Below are positions 9,863-20,213 of a DNA stretch of 64,000 nt, piece after piece. The notes below the pieces were generated by a model that saw nothing but the letters and a program-made list of their open reading frames with translations, was not told the DNA's origin and made no database searches. The translations under genes and the position numbers were made by a program. The DNA comes from Barthelona sp. PCE. Taxonomy: Eukaryota. Location of the stretch: positions 434,001 through 498,000 of the forward strand of contig JAUFOR010000003.1 of the NCBI GenBank assembly GCA_040285745.1, read 5' to 3'. Within the stretch, counting starts at the first letter, position 1; each line of letters begins with the position of its first letter.

Positions 9863-12607
9863 ATGAAGAAACAACAGCACAGTTTCTTCAAGGCAGTCCG
9901 CAATCTTATTGCGACAGTCAAACCAAACAAACCTATACCTATGTTCAGCAAAGTGATCAAGTGCATTAATTTCGACCCATTAATGAGCGATATACTGGGC
10001 TTACTTGTTGTACACCCAACATCCAACGATGTTCCGCCTCTCATTTCACAAAAAAATGAGGTACTACGTCAAAATGATCATTTTATGCTGTGTCTTCGCC
10101 TAATTTGGCCTCAAGAGCACATACGCACATACTTAAGACTGCAAGAATTGGTAAAAAAACTGTATCAAACCAAGCTGAACTACTCACAAAACATTCTTCA
10201 CATACTTTCAGCTTTATCTTTGTTTTCACCTGCATATAGTAGGTCGACGGAGGCACGTGACCAGGTTTGGCTTGCACAAAGCGATGTAACGAAAAAATTC
10301 AAGTTGTCTCCAATCAAAGCACTAGCTCCACCGACATCTTCCATAGAATTTTCTGCTGATCAGTTACGGACATCTATCAAAGGGGCTCTGAACGGTTACA
10401 TGGACCAGCGAGTCTTTGAGGTCCGTAATGGATCGCTTTCGCTGCGTAGAAACATTACGGTGAATGGTATATGGAGCACAGTTTTGAATCGTCAATTTGA
10501 GACTGTATTTCGCGCTGTAAAGGCGCTTTTATTTTGTAAGGAGTTATGTACATCATTTGGACGAATGCAAAAAGCCTTTCTCACTTCTTTTTCTTCCAAC
10601 CTTTCTCTCATTGTCAAAACTGTCTTGCTTCAGATTAATTCATTGGAAATTGATTCGCTAATGAAATTTGCTTCAGCTGTAGAAGCACATACAGTTTTTT
10701 TCCTTAGCTTATACACAACTGCAAACATTGAAACAAAAGAATACTTTGAACTAGAGAATTATAAGTTTGCATGGAATATCCCTTCCAATGAGCTCGTGAT
10801 TGATTTCATTGCAATGTGCATTAACACAAACGAGTCAATCGTTCAAATTGCATCCCTTTATAGGTTTTTGTTTAAGGAAGTTGCTTTTGCTTTTCTTCGC
10901 AACGAATTCACAATGTTCAAGCGTGATCAGATCCCAATTCAGATGAAAGAGTATGTTTTAAAGCAAGAATTAATGCAGTGCTTTACAAAAAACGTAAAAG
11001 CTATTGGGAAACCAGAACTTTCTCTAGAAATCCAAAAATCAGTTACAAAGAATATCACAGACTATGCAGAGGAGCATGAGCGCATCAGGCAGGCCAAGAG
11101 AATCCTCAGTATCAGTAAGCAAGTTGTGCAAATGGATGTATTACAGCAACAGATTCATGATAACATCACAAAACGTAAGCTATTCGAGGATATCAATGAG
11201 GTTGAGGAGCAGCTGCACGTTGTTAAAAATGAAGTGGAGCATCTGACTTCAACTAGGAAACAATACAGGGATCGGGTGAAACGATTGATCTCTGAACTGG
11301 AGGCGCAAGACAAGGACGTATTGGAAGAATATGACATTCACATCGACGATGTACGGCGGCGTTTCAATGAGTTTGATGAAGAAGAAGAAATGGTGGATAT
11401 AACAAAGCCATCTGCAAACAGCTCACCTGTTGCATCACCAACACCACTTAAAGAACTTATCAAGACCCCATCTACACAGCTGAAAGAATCTGAAATGCGC
11501 ATCAGGAGGAAATTTAGGAAAATTGCCGTTGATCTGCCAAAGTATCACAAGTTGGCCGGATGGTATAAAGAAGTTCCCACCTTCCCTCAATTCGAGCGGG
11601 CACATATGGCTACGTTTGATGACACAGCAATTCCACTGAAGATTGCTGTGAGACATATTATGGATAACACTTATAAGATGTATGTGTGGAATCTTGCCAA
11701 GTACTATTGGATACAAGTTTTCCACTCACACTACCTTCCACAGTACTTCCAGATGGTCGAGGTACTTTTTCTGATGCATAGAGGTGACTTGTGGGCGGAA
11801 TACATCACTGCAACACGGTTTGTTAGCGATCCGAACACATCAACTTTCTTTTTACAAGAGCAACTTTCTGAACTGAACGAGAGTTTCGTAAAGGAGATTA
11901 CACAGGAGAGTGCAGTTATCTTTATGGAGCATATTCAGAACTGTGTCTTCTTCTTATTTGAAAAACCCTTGGGTTGTCTGCTGTCAATGAGTTTTCCATC
12001 GCAGCTTAGCTTTGTGTTCACACAAACTACTGTCAAGAAGCTAGGTCTCATACACTACAACCTTATGAAATTGAAGGGACTAGGTGATAAACTGCACCGC
12101 CTCTGGTATAACAATGATGGTATAATGTCTGTTGTTAAATTCAGAATAACAAACTTTTTGTTCGTGATAACCCAATTTGTGCACTCAAAGATTCTTCTCA
12201 TCCATCAGAAGTTTGTAGAATCCAGTTTTTCTATTGTATTTGAAGAAAAAACTGCTAAATCAACATGGCCTGCCGTCACACCTGCAATATTTGGTGAAAT
12301 GTACGAAGATGTTGTTGATGATATGCTCAGCTTGAGCTTGTTAATATCAGATGCTGGACAGGAGTATCACAGTCTTGATAAGAAACCAACAATTAGAAAT
12401 GTGATTAAAAACATTTTGACTTTTATTGATCAAATGATTGAATCTCAATTAAAGAACAGTGAAAAAGAGGTGGTTGATACATTTAAGATGTTTAATTCAG
12501 CAGTTGGACTGTTTTTAAATGCAGTACGATCTTTTGGACAGACCAGAATAGATGATATTACGATATTACCTGATTTATGTGATATGAATCAGTTTTACTC
12601 ACAATAA
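9863..12607 (+). CDS. Gamma-tubulin complex component (Spc97/Spc98 family, GCP5/6-like)
   Basis: GRIP2-like motifs YLPQYFQMVEVLFLMHRGDLW and QLSFVFTQTTVKKLGLIHYNLMKLK, with a central coiled-coil/acidic insertion between the GRIP-like halves. Confidence 0.7.
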   Translation: MKKQQHSFFKAVRNLIATVKPNKPIPMFSKVIKCINFDPLMSDILGLLVVHPTSNDVPPLISQKNEVLRQNDHFMLCLRLIWPQEHIRTYLRLQELVKKLYQTKLNYSQNILHILSALSLFSPAYSRSTEARDQVWLAQSDVTKKFKLSPIKALAPPTSSIEFSADQLRTSIKGALNGYMDQRVFEVRNGSLSLRRNITVNGIWSTVLNRQFETVFRAVKALLFCKELCTSFGRMQKAFLTSFSSNLSLIVKTVLLQINSLEIDSLMKFASAVEAHTVFFLSLYTTANIETKEYFELENYKFAWNIPSNELVIDFIAMCINTNESIVQIASLYRFLFKEVAFAFLRNEFTMFKRDQIPIQMKEYVLKQELMQCFTKNVKAIGKPELSLEIQKSVTKNITDYAEEHERIRQAKRILSISKQVVQMDVLQQQIHDNITKRKLFEDINEVEEQLHVVKNEVEHLTSTRKQYRDRVKRLISELEAQDKDVLEEYDIHIDDVRRRFNEFDEEEEMVDITKPSANSSPVASPTPLKELIKTPSTQLKESEMRIRRKFRKIAVDLPKYHKLAGWYKEVPTFPQFERAHMATFDDTAIPLKIAVRHIMDNTYKMYVWNLAKYYWIQVFHSHYLPQYFQMVEVLFLMHRGDLWAEYITATRFVSDPNTSTFFLQEQLSELNESFVKEITQESAVIFMEHIQNCVFFLFEKPLGCLLSMSFPSQLSFVFTQTTVKKLGLIHYNLMKLKGLGDKLHRLWYNNDGIMSVVKFRITNFLFVITQFVHSKILLIHQKFVESSFSIVFEEKTAKSTWPAVTPAIFGEMYEDVVDDMLSLSLLISDAGQEYHSLDKKPTIRNVIKNILTFIDQMIESQLKNSEKEVVDTFKMFNSAVGLFLNAVRSFGQTRIDDITILPDLCDMNQFYSQ

Positions 12608-14596
12608 ACCCGGGTCTATGTCAACCATAAGCATTTCAGCAGTCTTCATAAACTGCAATAGCTCGACTATTTCCTTTTCAATAGATATTTCAGTTCTTGT
12701 GTAATTCAATCGCTCAATCTCAAATAACTTATCGTCAACCGAGTAGGAACATGAAGCAATGCATCCTGGTGATACATTATGCTTTCGAGCACTAAAAACA
12801 TTATCACCATATAATTTCGAAAAAGAAACAATTTGGGTTTCGTAATTATAATCGGCAAGACACACATAGCTACTTTGATTATCTTCAACTATAAACAAAT
12901 CCTCCTTAACAAATGCTCTTATCATACCGGGTACTTCAACTGAAAAAACTCCAACTCCCCAAACAAATGCTTTTAGAAGCCAAACTTTCTCCCGTTGACT
13001 TTTTCTAAAAGCATAGAAGTTGACATCATCATACTTCGAATGGCAATATGCAGATAATACGTTTTGTTGGATGTCTGTGACCTCGAGACGATCTATTACA
13101 TCGGTTGGCCCCATTAGTCCATGATTTTGTACTGTTTTAATAGCAGTTAGCTTTCCTTTTTCCATAATAAAACAAACTTTCTCCTTTGGATTATTAATCG
13201 AAGTCGAAATCCGGAACGGTACATGAGTTACACCATCCGCAAGGTTGTGGATAGGGGTGGAGCCGTGGTATACTCGAAGGTCTGGTGAATATAACATGTC
13301 TCCTTGACAAAACGGTGGTCCATCAAATAATTCAATAGCACTAAAATCTCTATAGTCTTCAGTAAACTGGATTTGATAGGTCTTCCCTCTACTATAACAC
13401 CCAAACATCTTTTCACCTTGTAGTGGATACATAAAAGCTCCAGTATCATCTTTTGGAGGTGCTAAACACAAAATCCTTTTCCAAACTACATCAAACAATA
13501 AAACCTTCTGACCGGATGGATATACAATACCAAATTCCGCGAAACCACACTTTCTTAGATCGTATATTGTGAAAAGAGACTCTGAAACATCACAAAAACT
13601 TACCTGCTCGATAGAATTAGACTTTAAACCAAAGAATTGGGTCATGTCTGCTTCAAAATATTCGTTTTCGTCTAGCATAATGTGTGAAATAACTCGACAA
13701 ACCAAGCTATCATAAGGAAATCGAATATTGTAGCTTGAGCACTGACCATTAACAATATGCAGGAACACATATTTGATAAATATACCAAATTCAATCAAGT
13801 CGGGTTCCTTTCGTAAAAGAACTACAGAATTAATTTTTTGATTTGTAATCTTCGAACAGTTCTCAATCGAAAAAGATATTAGATTAGTTCCATCGTAAAT
13901 ATATGCATCGTTCTTTATGTCAACCATAAGCATCCATGGAACGTTACAAAATGGATAATGATGCCAGTTTGATGTGTGCATTCCTTCTAATAATGTAGAC
14001 TCTATGTACACATCAATCTCTGAAGTGCACAGTTTAGATATATATCGTTTACCATTCATAGTTGAAATAAAAAAAGAGCCATTAACAACTGGTCGAATAT
14101 GATGATTCTGCTGATTAATAATTGAATTAGTGGAAAAATCTATCACTGAGACACGCCATTGTAAGTTATCGCTGTGTCCTACAATGAGAACATGATGCTC
14201 TGAAACTGCATAAACGCTTGTGAACTTGAACCACTTTTCTCCTGATGTAAATGTCACTTCTGATTCTTCAATAACACTAAAATTACCAGAAATAAGATTC
14301 ATTCTGACCCGTTTACCAACAATAGTGACTTTATCCTCCAGTAATGTGGCGTAATAAACTACAAAATGACGTGGATTCACAACAAATACTACATCACCAG
14401 TTAGATCGGTCAATGAACATTCCCAAGGTTTTCCCTGAATAAAAAATGATCCTTCACCTAACATTGATGCACTTGATACTCTAACACTGTCTGATACAGC
14501 TAATGATGTATTGTTAGCGTTAAATGATATCACATGATCGCCATATGCACCATATCCCATGGGCATTCCCTCTTCAAACGGTTTGATTCTTGGCAT
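12599..14596 (-). CDS. MPRIK-family beta-rich (putative propeller) protein, 665 aa
   Basis: Long clean ORF starting MPRIKPF. Shares N-terminus, size and C-terminal pattern with 22986..24911. Confidence 0.75.
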   Translation of the reverse strand: MPRIKPFEEGMPMGYGAYGDHVISFNANNTSLAVSDSVRVSSASMLGEGSFFIQGKPWECSLTDLTGDVVFVVNPRHFVVYYATLLEDKVTIVGKRVRMNLISGNFSVIEESEVTFTSGEKWFKFTSVYAVSEHHVLIVGHSDNLQWRVSVIDFSTNSIINQQNHHIRPVVNGSFFISTMNGKRYISKLCTSEIDVYIESTLLEGMHTSNWHHYPFCNVPWMLMVDIKNDAYIYDGTNLISFSIENCSKITNQKINSVVLLRKEPDLIEFGIFIKYVFLHIVNGQCSSYNIRFPYDSLVCRVISHIMLDENEYFEADMTQFFGLKSNSIEQVSFCDVSESLFTIYDLRKCGFAEFGIVYPSGQKVLLFDVVWKRILCLAPPKDDTGAFMYPLQGEKMFGCYSRGKTYQIQFTEDYRDFSAIELFDGPPFCQGDMLYSPDLRVYHGSTPIHNLADGVTHVPFRISTSINNPKEKVCFIMEKGKLTAIKTVQNHGLMGPTDVIDRLEVTDIQQNVLSAYCHSKYDDVNFYAFRKSQREKVWLLKAFVWGVGVFSVEVPGMIRAFVKEDLFIVEDNQSSYVCLADYNYETQIVSFSKLYGDNVFSARKHNVSPGCIASCSYSVDDKLFEIERLNYTRTEISIEKEIVELLQFMKTAEMLMVDIDPGLL

Positions 14597-14873
14597 TCAC
14601 TTAAAAATAAGAAGTTAAAAATGCAAAACGATAACCATTACTGTTCTTACTTATTATTCGTGATGATTATAGTGATTCAGTTCATTTAGTTGGAATTTTC
14701 ACCATGATATTACCGAATATTAGAGGCTTCTCTAACCTGCATTTCTTCAAAGAAACATTAAGATTTTCAGTTTTCACATATTCTGGGCACTTTTCTGCTG
14801 TGTCAATGTATACAATCACATGAATCAATTGGTGCTAACACCAGTCTGTCTTCTTTTTTTTTCTCTTTTTCTT

Positions 14874-17786
14874 ATGTCTTCACCTTCAAATAGGGCATCT
14901 GGGAAGCACCGCTCTTCTTTCAGAACGTCTAACAAGCATTATTCTTCGAATAGTATATCAGGAATTAGTAAGTCACCAAATAGGGACATTAATCCGTCTA
15001 GAGTCCTTGTAAGTGATCTCAGCAACATAATTAAGATCACTAAGAAGCCATACTCCTTGTCTTTTGCAACACATAAGAACAAACAGTATTTATTCCATGA
15101 TTACAGTAGTGAAAACGCTACTCATGGTATTAATGTTCGTATTTTAGATCTTGCAAAGATCAGCAAAACCAACTCTGCATTTATGGATGTCGTACACAGT
15201 GTTGTTGGTCCTTCAGGAGATACTATCGGTTTTTTGACTGATTATTCAAGCTCAGACAACCGTACTTCACGTAACCTGAACAGGCAGGCGCCCAATGTAC
15301 AAACTTTACACGATTATATGCGTTCAAAGAATTTTTCACACAGTTGTATCAGGGAAAAAATTGCATTTTGCCAACGATTAGTCAGTTCTTGTGAGTTTCT
15401 TTTGGCAAAGAGATTACGCCCATTTTTGACTTCGAAAACTATATTCATTAATGATAGAAAACCTGTTGTGGGTGTCATTAGTTTTCCTGGAATTTTTGAC
15501 ACTACTCAGGATAATTTGGAACAAACTATAGTCCGTTCATGTTCTCTTGTGTGCATACATGTACTAACAGGCTCCATCCCTCAACCAACATCAAACAGCT
15601 ATGATTTCCCTAACTCATTGAGTACTTCGCTAAAACGTCTTCTCATCAAGTCAACAGGATCAACTGTCCACCGCCCACCGCTGACAGAGCTGTCTGATGG
15701 TCTCACGGATGAGCTCCTCCAACTTCCGCTCGAGTCAGTGAGTAGCGTAAGCCGTCGATTGAGTACAACTGTAACGTTAGACATTGACCCGTCATGCAAA
15801 ACCCCACCTATTTTCGACGTTCTCTCGTTGGATGACCTTGATAGGCCACCAGAAGGGGGTGGGAGTCCCAAAAAAGATAAATCTAGTGCTCGATGGGTTT
15901 TATTCTTCGTTATTATTCTTTTTATAAGCAATACGACAGTTAACTATCCAAATTCAATTGTAGGGTTTCTTATAGTACTGAGTATCATTCTGTTGTACTT
16001 TATTCTCTTTATAGTTTTTAAGAAAAAATTTTTCATTGGTGTGGCATTGTTTACATTTCATATTTCGATGCTTGTGCAACATTGTGAAATTGATGGTCTT
16101 ACGACACAGCGTTTATTTATCTTCATACTTCTTCTGATATTGGCGTTCTTGTTCAACAATACAATTTTGTTTGTGAAATCAAAGAATTTTCACCATGCTT
16201 TAAGTGCAGTCCAACAGCTTACACTTATTGTTGAGTCGATAGTAATGCTTGTTCTTAACGAAAATCTCACAAAGGATATTCAACTGTTTGCCACTGTTCT
16301 TATTGGTTTGAACTCTTCAAGTGAACTTGAATTCTTCGGGCACATATATCAAAAAGCACTCATAATGTCACTTCCATTCGCGATTAATCTTAGCACACAT
16401 ATGAAAGTAACTTTCACCGTGTTATTGGTTTTAAGCCTTGGATATTCGCTGTTTGTTCTTAAGGATATGTATACAAATGCAAGAAGAGGTGTACAACCAC
16501 GATTCCTGCTTGTACTCAAGCAGTACAGAGCAGCATTCAAATCTAACGTGAGATCCAACCTTTTCATTGAAATTATTCGTACCTATGCTATAGTTAAACA
16601 AGTTTTGTTGGTCCAAGAAGGTACTTACTTTAATCCATACTTTTCTCTTTTTGCAACATTCATGATTTTCTTTTTCTTTGTCACCACAACAACTGTATTT
16701 CAGTGTCTAAACCTAATTGCATTCTTAGTGACAGCATTGTGCATACGATATGCAATATATCTTTCTGTTGCTACATACATTGGTGGATTTGTGATCCTCA
16801 CGTTTTTTTGTATTTTAATTATAACGGTCAGGCTGCCATATACAAAACCTGCTTTTGTTTTAATAACACTGCTCAATATTCTGATGTACGGTTGCATTAT
16901 TCTAACATTTTTTTCTCAAGGAGTGTACAGCATTCGAAAGTTTATTTTCTATGTTTTTATGGTTGGAACATTGGTTCTCGCTACCTTACAGATGTCTATT
17001 CATACGATTATTTTCCTTACAATGTTCTTTATACACCTATTCATTATCAACTCTGTCAACCTCCCAGATCACTATCTTTGGATTTTTATTAGCGCCTTTT
17101 CTATCATTTTAGCAACTGTGATACCGCTTGTTGTGAACAGAAAAACGCTTTCAAAGCTGAACCTTGCAAAGAGCCGTACCTACTTTTTCTCATTCGGTTT
17201 CACATTGTGTTTGTTCATCATATGCAATGTATTGTTGTTCTTAAGCAACGAGCACACGTTCGACACGGTTGTGTTGATTGCCATGCCAATCATTTTTGTT
17301 TTAATGTGGATTTTTGGAGGTAGAATTTATGCAGCTGACAAGACATTACTTGAAAATGCAGTCAGTATTTTGGTTTCGATTGCGTTTGTGTGCTCTTACC
17401 TGCTTAACATCAACAAAGCTGCCCATGAATTTACATTTAAACTGCTTATTGTCATTTCTAGTTGTTTATGCTGGATAGCTTTTACTTTCTCTGTCATAAA
17501 GAAGGTGTTTTCAAACGAAAACTCAAACAATCGACTCAAGATATGGGCAATAATGATGAGCATAATTGTTCTTTTGCTCCAAACATCGTTTGTATTTTTC
17601 CTTTTAAGTGTTGATATTAAAATAACCAAAGATTTTTTTGACAGAACACCAGTGAAACGATCATTTGCTTTGTTTTATCCCCTAATTCTTTTCTATCTTG
17701 TTAGTTTAAAATCTGATATTGGAACTGATTCTTTTTACTTGTCCTTCTGCATCTGCAATTTCTTCTTCAGCTTCATGTTGTTCTAG
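14874..17786 (+). CDS. Degenerate kinase-like domain fused to a large polytopic membrane domain
   Basis: Kinase-subdomain-like remnants in the N-terminal third, then roughly 18-20 hydrophobic segments. Likely ATG at 14874 after a T-tract. Confidence 0.65.
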   Translation: MSSPSNRASGKHRSSFRTSNKHYSSNSISGISKSPNRDINPSRVLVSDLSNIIKITKKPYSLSFATHKNKQYLFHDYSSENATHGINVRILDLAKISKTNSAFMDVVHSVVGPSGDTIGFLTDYSSSDNRTSRNLNRQAPNVQTLHDYMRSKNFSHSCIREKIAFCQRLVSSCEFLLAKRLRPFLTSKTIFINDRKPVVGVISFPGIFDTTQDNLEQTIVRSCSLVCIHVLTGSIPQPTSNSYDFPNSLSTSLKRLLIKSTGSTVHRPPLTELSDGLTDELLQLPLESVSSVSRRLSTTVTLDIDPSCKTPPIFDVLSLDDLDRPPEGGGSPKKDKSSARWVLFFVIILFISNTTVNYPNSIVGFLIVLSIILLYFILFIVFKKKFFIGVALFTFHISMLVQHCEIDGLTTQRLFIFILLLILAFLFNNTILFVKSKNFHHALSAVQQLTLIVESIVMLVLNENLTKDIQLFATVLIGLNSSSELEFFGHIYQKALIMSLPFAINLSTHMKVTFTVLLVLSLGYSLFVLKDMYTNARRGVQPRFLLVLKQYRAAFKSNVRSNLFIEIIRTYAIVKQVLLVQEGTYFNPYFSLFATFMIFFFFVTTTTVFQCLNLIAFLVTALCIRYAIYLSVATYIGGFVILTFFCILIITVRLPYTKPAFVLITLLNILMYGCIILTFFSQGVYSIRKFIFYVFMVGTLVLATLQMSIHTIIFLTMFFIHLFIINSVNLPDHYLWIFISAFSIILATVIPLVVNRKTLSKLNLAKSRTYFFSFGFTLCLFIICNVLLFLSNEHTFDTVVLIAMPIIFVLMWIFGGRIYAADKTLLENAVSILVSIAFVCSYLLNINKAAHEFTFKLLIVISSCLCWIAFTFSVIKKVFSNENSNNRLKIWAIMMSIIVLLLQTSFVFFLLSVDIKITKDFFDRTPVKRSFALFYPLILFYLVSLKSDIGTDSFYLSFCICNFFFSFMLF

Positions 17787-17787
17787 T

Positions 17788-18897
17788 TTACAAATACTTT
17801 TGCCTGACATCTTCAAGATTAAAGGGTACACCTGGTTCTCTGACTATCAATTGAATTACTTCAATGGTTGATTCTTTGATTTGTGTATCTCCACAGTACG
17901 ACATTAAGGCTAGTTGAGGTAGTAACGGTTCAAAACTGCTTCTATACGCTTTGTGATCACATAAACATGCGATGAAACGTAGTAAACAAGTTGTACATAA
18001 GTTATGATTGTAAGTCAAAATAGAACCAGCAACCTCAACCAACTTGACAACGTCAATGTGCTTAAATACATCGATTTTGGTCAGTTGGTACACCGTCATA
18101 GACATCAATAGCTTAAGAATATGACCTACTTCATGAGTATTTCCCTCAAATGCTCTAATGTGATCAAGTAGTGCTGGAAGTATATTTAAACTATGGATTG
18201 CCTTCTTTCCAGCAAGTGTTTGAGAAACACCATATAAAGTATTACATACTGGTACCAAAAACTTCTGACGAGAGAAAAGTTCTTGACAGCGGCTAAGTGT
18301 ACCAATAACACTTGAGATTCCTTCCTCAGAAACACACATACGTGCCATAATGTCTAGCGTCTGAACAATAACGTTCTCATCCATTGGATAAGTGAGACCA
18401 TTCTCACAAAATTCAAAGTGTTCAACAAAATAGGGAACAACCGACCTATCCAAAACCAGTATTTGAATGAGTTCGTATGATTTGATAGCTATATCGGGGA
18501 TCTCTGAGTTGGTGGTATCCTTAAGAAGTTGATTAAAATTCTCAAACTCAATGAGATTGCGACGTCCTGTAGGAACTCTAGCTATGTTACAATAAATGCT
18601 AATAATACGGGGTACCAAGTCTGGCGAGAGGGACATACATTCGTAAAGCCCCTTTAAAGCTCCAGAATGCAAGGCACTAATAACATTTTCAGATATATTG
18701 GTTGACTCTTTTAATGCATAACTTGCTTCGTTTCTAAGACCCTCAAAGTCATCTGTAAGCTTATTTACCAGATTGGGAATATCCATATTACCGTAACATC
18801 TTCTAAGTTTCATAAGATCTACTTTGGGTGGGTTTGGTCTTGCTGTATGCATGACAATGTGTCGCGAGTTTCCCATAAACCGTTCGTGAGGTAACAT
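17788..18897 (-). CDS. RSPH14: Radial spoke head 14 (ARM-repeat) homolog
   Basis: N-terminal PPKVDLMKLRRCYGNMDIPNLVNKL resembles the RSPH14/RTDR1 'AYG..ALPKL..EL' motif and is followed by armadillo-like repeats. Start taken at MLPHERF. Confidence 0.65.
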   Translation of the reverse strand: MLPHERFMGNSRHIVMHTARPNPPKVDLMKLRRCYGNMDIPNLVNKLTDDFEGLRNEASYALKESTNISENVISALHSGALKGLYECMSLSPDLVPRIISIYCNIARVPTGRRNLIEFENFNQLLKDTTNSEIPDIAIKSYELIQILVLDRSVVPYFVEHFEFCENGLTYPMDENVIVQTLDIMARMCVSEEGISSVIGTLSRCQELFSRQKFLVPVCNTLYGVSQTLAGKKAIHSLNILPALLDHIRAFEGNTHEVGHILKLLMSMTVYQLTKIDVFKHIDVVKLVEVAGSILTYNHNLCTTCLLRFIACLCDHKAYRSSFEPLLPQLALMSYCGDTQIKESTIEVIQLIVREPGVPFNLEDVRQKYL

Positions 18898-19134
18898 TTT
18901 GCAACCGAAAAATGATAAGGGATTGTGAAATGAAAACAAACATCTGCATTTTTCAAACCTAAGACCTATTGAAAGTGTCGAAAATGATGCAGCTACGTTA
19001 TTGTAGAAGACAAACGACTGAAAGCTTTCAACAACGCAAAGAAGTTTGCTATGACAATTTTTCGTCTTAACTTTAGCTTTCACTTTTTTCTTCTTTTTCT
19101 CACTTTTTTTACCTTTTGGGACACTATACAAGCG

Positions 19135-19776
19135 ATGGAATACAAAATTTATGGATGCCCCCCACTTGACGCCAACTGTGCTGTTGTTTGGGATCCTGAG
19201 ACCAAAGAAGCTTTTATTAGCGATCCTGGATCATTCTACAAGCCAGTTCGCGACTGTATTGAGAAGGAAGGACTCACTCTCAAATACATTGTTGCCACAC
19301 ACGGACATTTTGATCACGTAGGTGGCTTTGCTGAATTTGCAGCAGAGTTTTCTGAAGCGCAGATTGTTGTACATGAGGATGACGCTGATCTGTATGCTAA
19401 GGCCAACACACAACCAACTTTATTCGGCATGGCACCCACTGAGGCACTTCCTGAACCTCATATGATTGTCAATGAGGAACATGAAATCACACTGGGTAAC
19501 CTCACCTTCTCATTTATCCACACCCCTGGTCATTCACCTGGTTCCATGTGTATCTATAATGAAGAACATGCTTTGCTGATTGCTGGTGATACTCTTTTCC
19601 GTGGAAGTGTTGGTAGGACAGACCTTTGGGGCGGAAGTCCCAAGCAGCAACGTGCTTCCATTGCTAAACTGATGGAATTGCCTGGTGAAGTTGTAGTCGT
19701 TACAGGTCACGGTCCTAAGACAGATATCGCTACTGAGAAGCGCATTAACCCACTTGCTCCTTCACGTTCATTCTAA
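19135..19776 (+). CDS. Metallo-beta-lactamase-fold hydrolase (glyoxalase II/YcbL-like)
   Basis: THGHFDH, HTPGHSPG, GDTLFRGSVGRTD and GHG motifs. Start MEYKIYG. Confidence 0.92.
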   Translation: MEYKIYGCPPLDANCAVVWDPETKEAFISDPGSFYKPVRDCIEKEGLTLKYIVATHGHFDHVGGFAEFAAEFSEAQIVVHEDDADLYAKANTQPTLFGMAPTEALPEPHMIVNEEHEITLGNLTFSFIHTPGHSPGSMCIYNEEHALLIAGDTLFRGSVGRTDLWGGSPKQQRASIAKLMELPGEVVVVTGHGPKTDIATEKRINPLAPSRSF

Positions 19777-19839
19777 ATTTAAGTAATAAAATCAATATTT
19801 TTTGCTATGAAGCAGCATCAAATTTTTCTTCTCATTTCT

Positions 19840-20211
19840 ATGACAAATAACAAAGAATCTACTCGTGGTTTCGTTATTTGGTTCTCATCGTTTGTAGGGT
19901 TTGCAGTTTGGGTCATCCTTTCCTTTCTACCTGATGAAGTTTTACACAATCTCAACATTTTTCGTCATCCCAGCAAATATTGGCTATTCACAACACCGCT
20001 ACTCTTCCCAATCCTCTTTGCAATTGTTCCATTTATCTTTATTTTTAAAACTATGGTTGATACACCAGCACCCGACTCATACATGACATACACTGATAAT
20101 TATAGCGCAAAGGGACCTCCCACTATTGATACGATTGCGAGAGCAACTGATATAGATCAAAAATTTCTTACAAAAGTCTTTATGAAACGAGTAAGACAAG
20201 AAAAAAATTAA
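19840..20211 (+). CDS. PIGP: GPI-GlcNAc transferase subunit P
   Basis: GFVIWFSS...SFLPDEVLHNL.I...PSKYW with two TM helices is the PIG-P pattern. Confidence 0.85.
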   Translation: MTNNKESTRGFVIWFSSFVGFAVWVILSFLPDEVLHNLNIFRHPSKYWLFTTPLLFPILFAIVPFIFIFKTMVDTPAPDSYMTYTDNYSAKGPPTIDTIARATDIDQKFLTKVFMKRVRQEKN

Positions 20212-20213
20212 AT

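Noticed and set aside
9775-10044. 89-aa minus ORF abutting the 223-aa ORF through TAATG
   Set aside because: It is mostly antisense to the GCP gene start and in a different frame, with no splice signals or homology to support fusion or coupling.
14808-14844. GCTAACACCAG resembling a branch point/3' splice site upstream of the pseudokinase gene
   Set aside because: The donor is weak, the spacing differs from the confirmed intron, and no intron is needed to explain the ORF.
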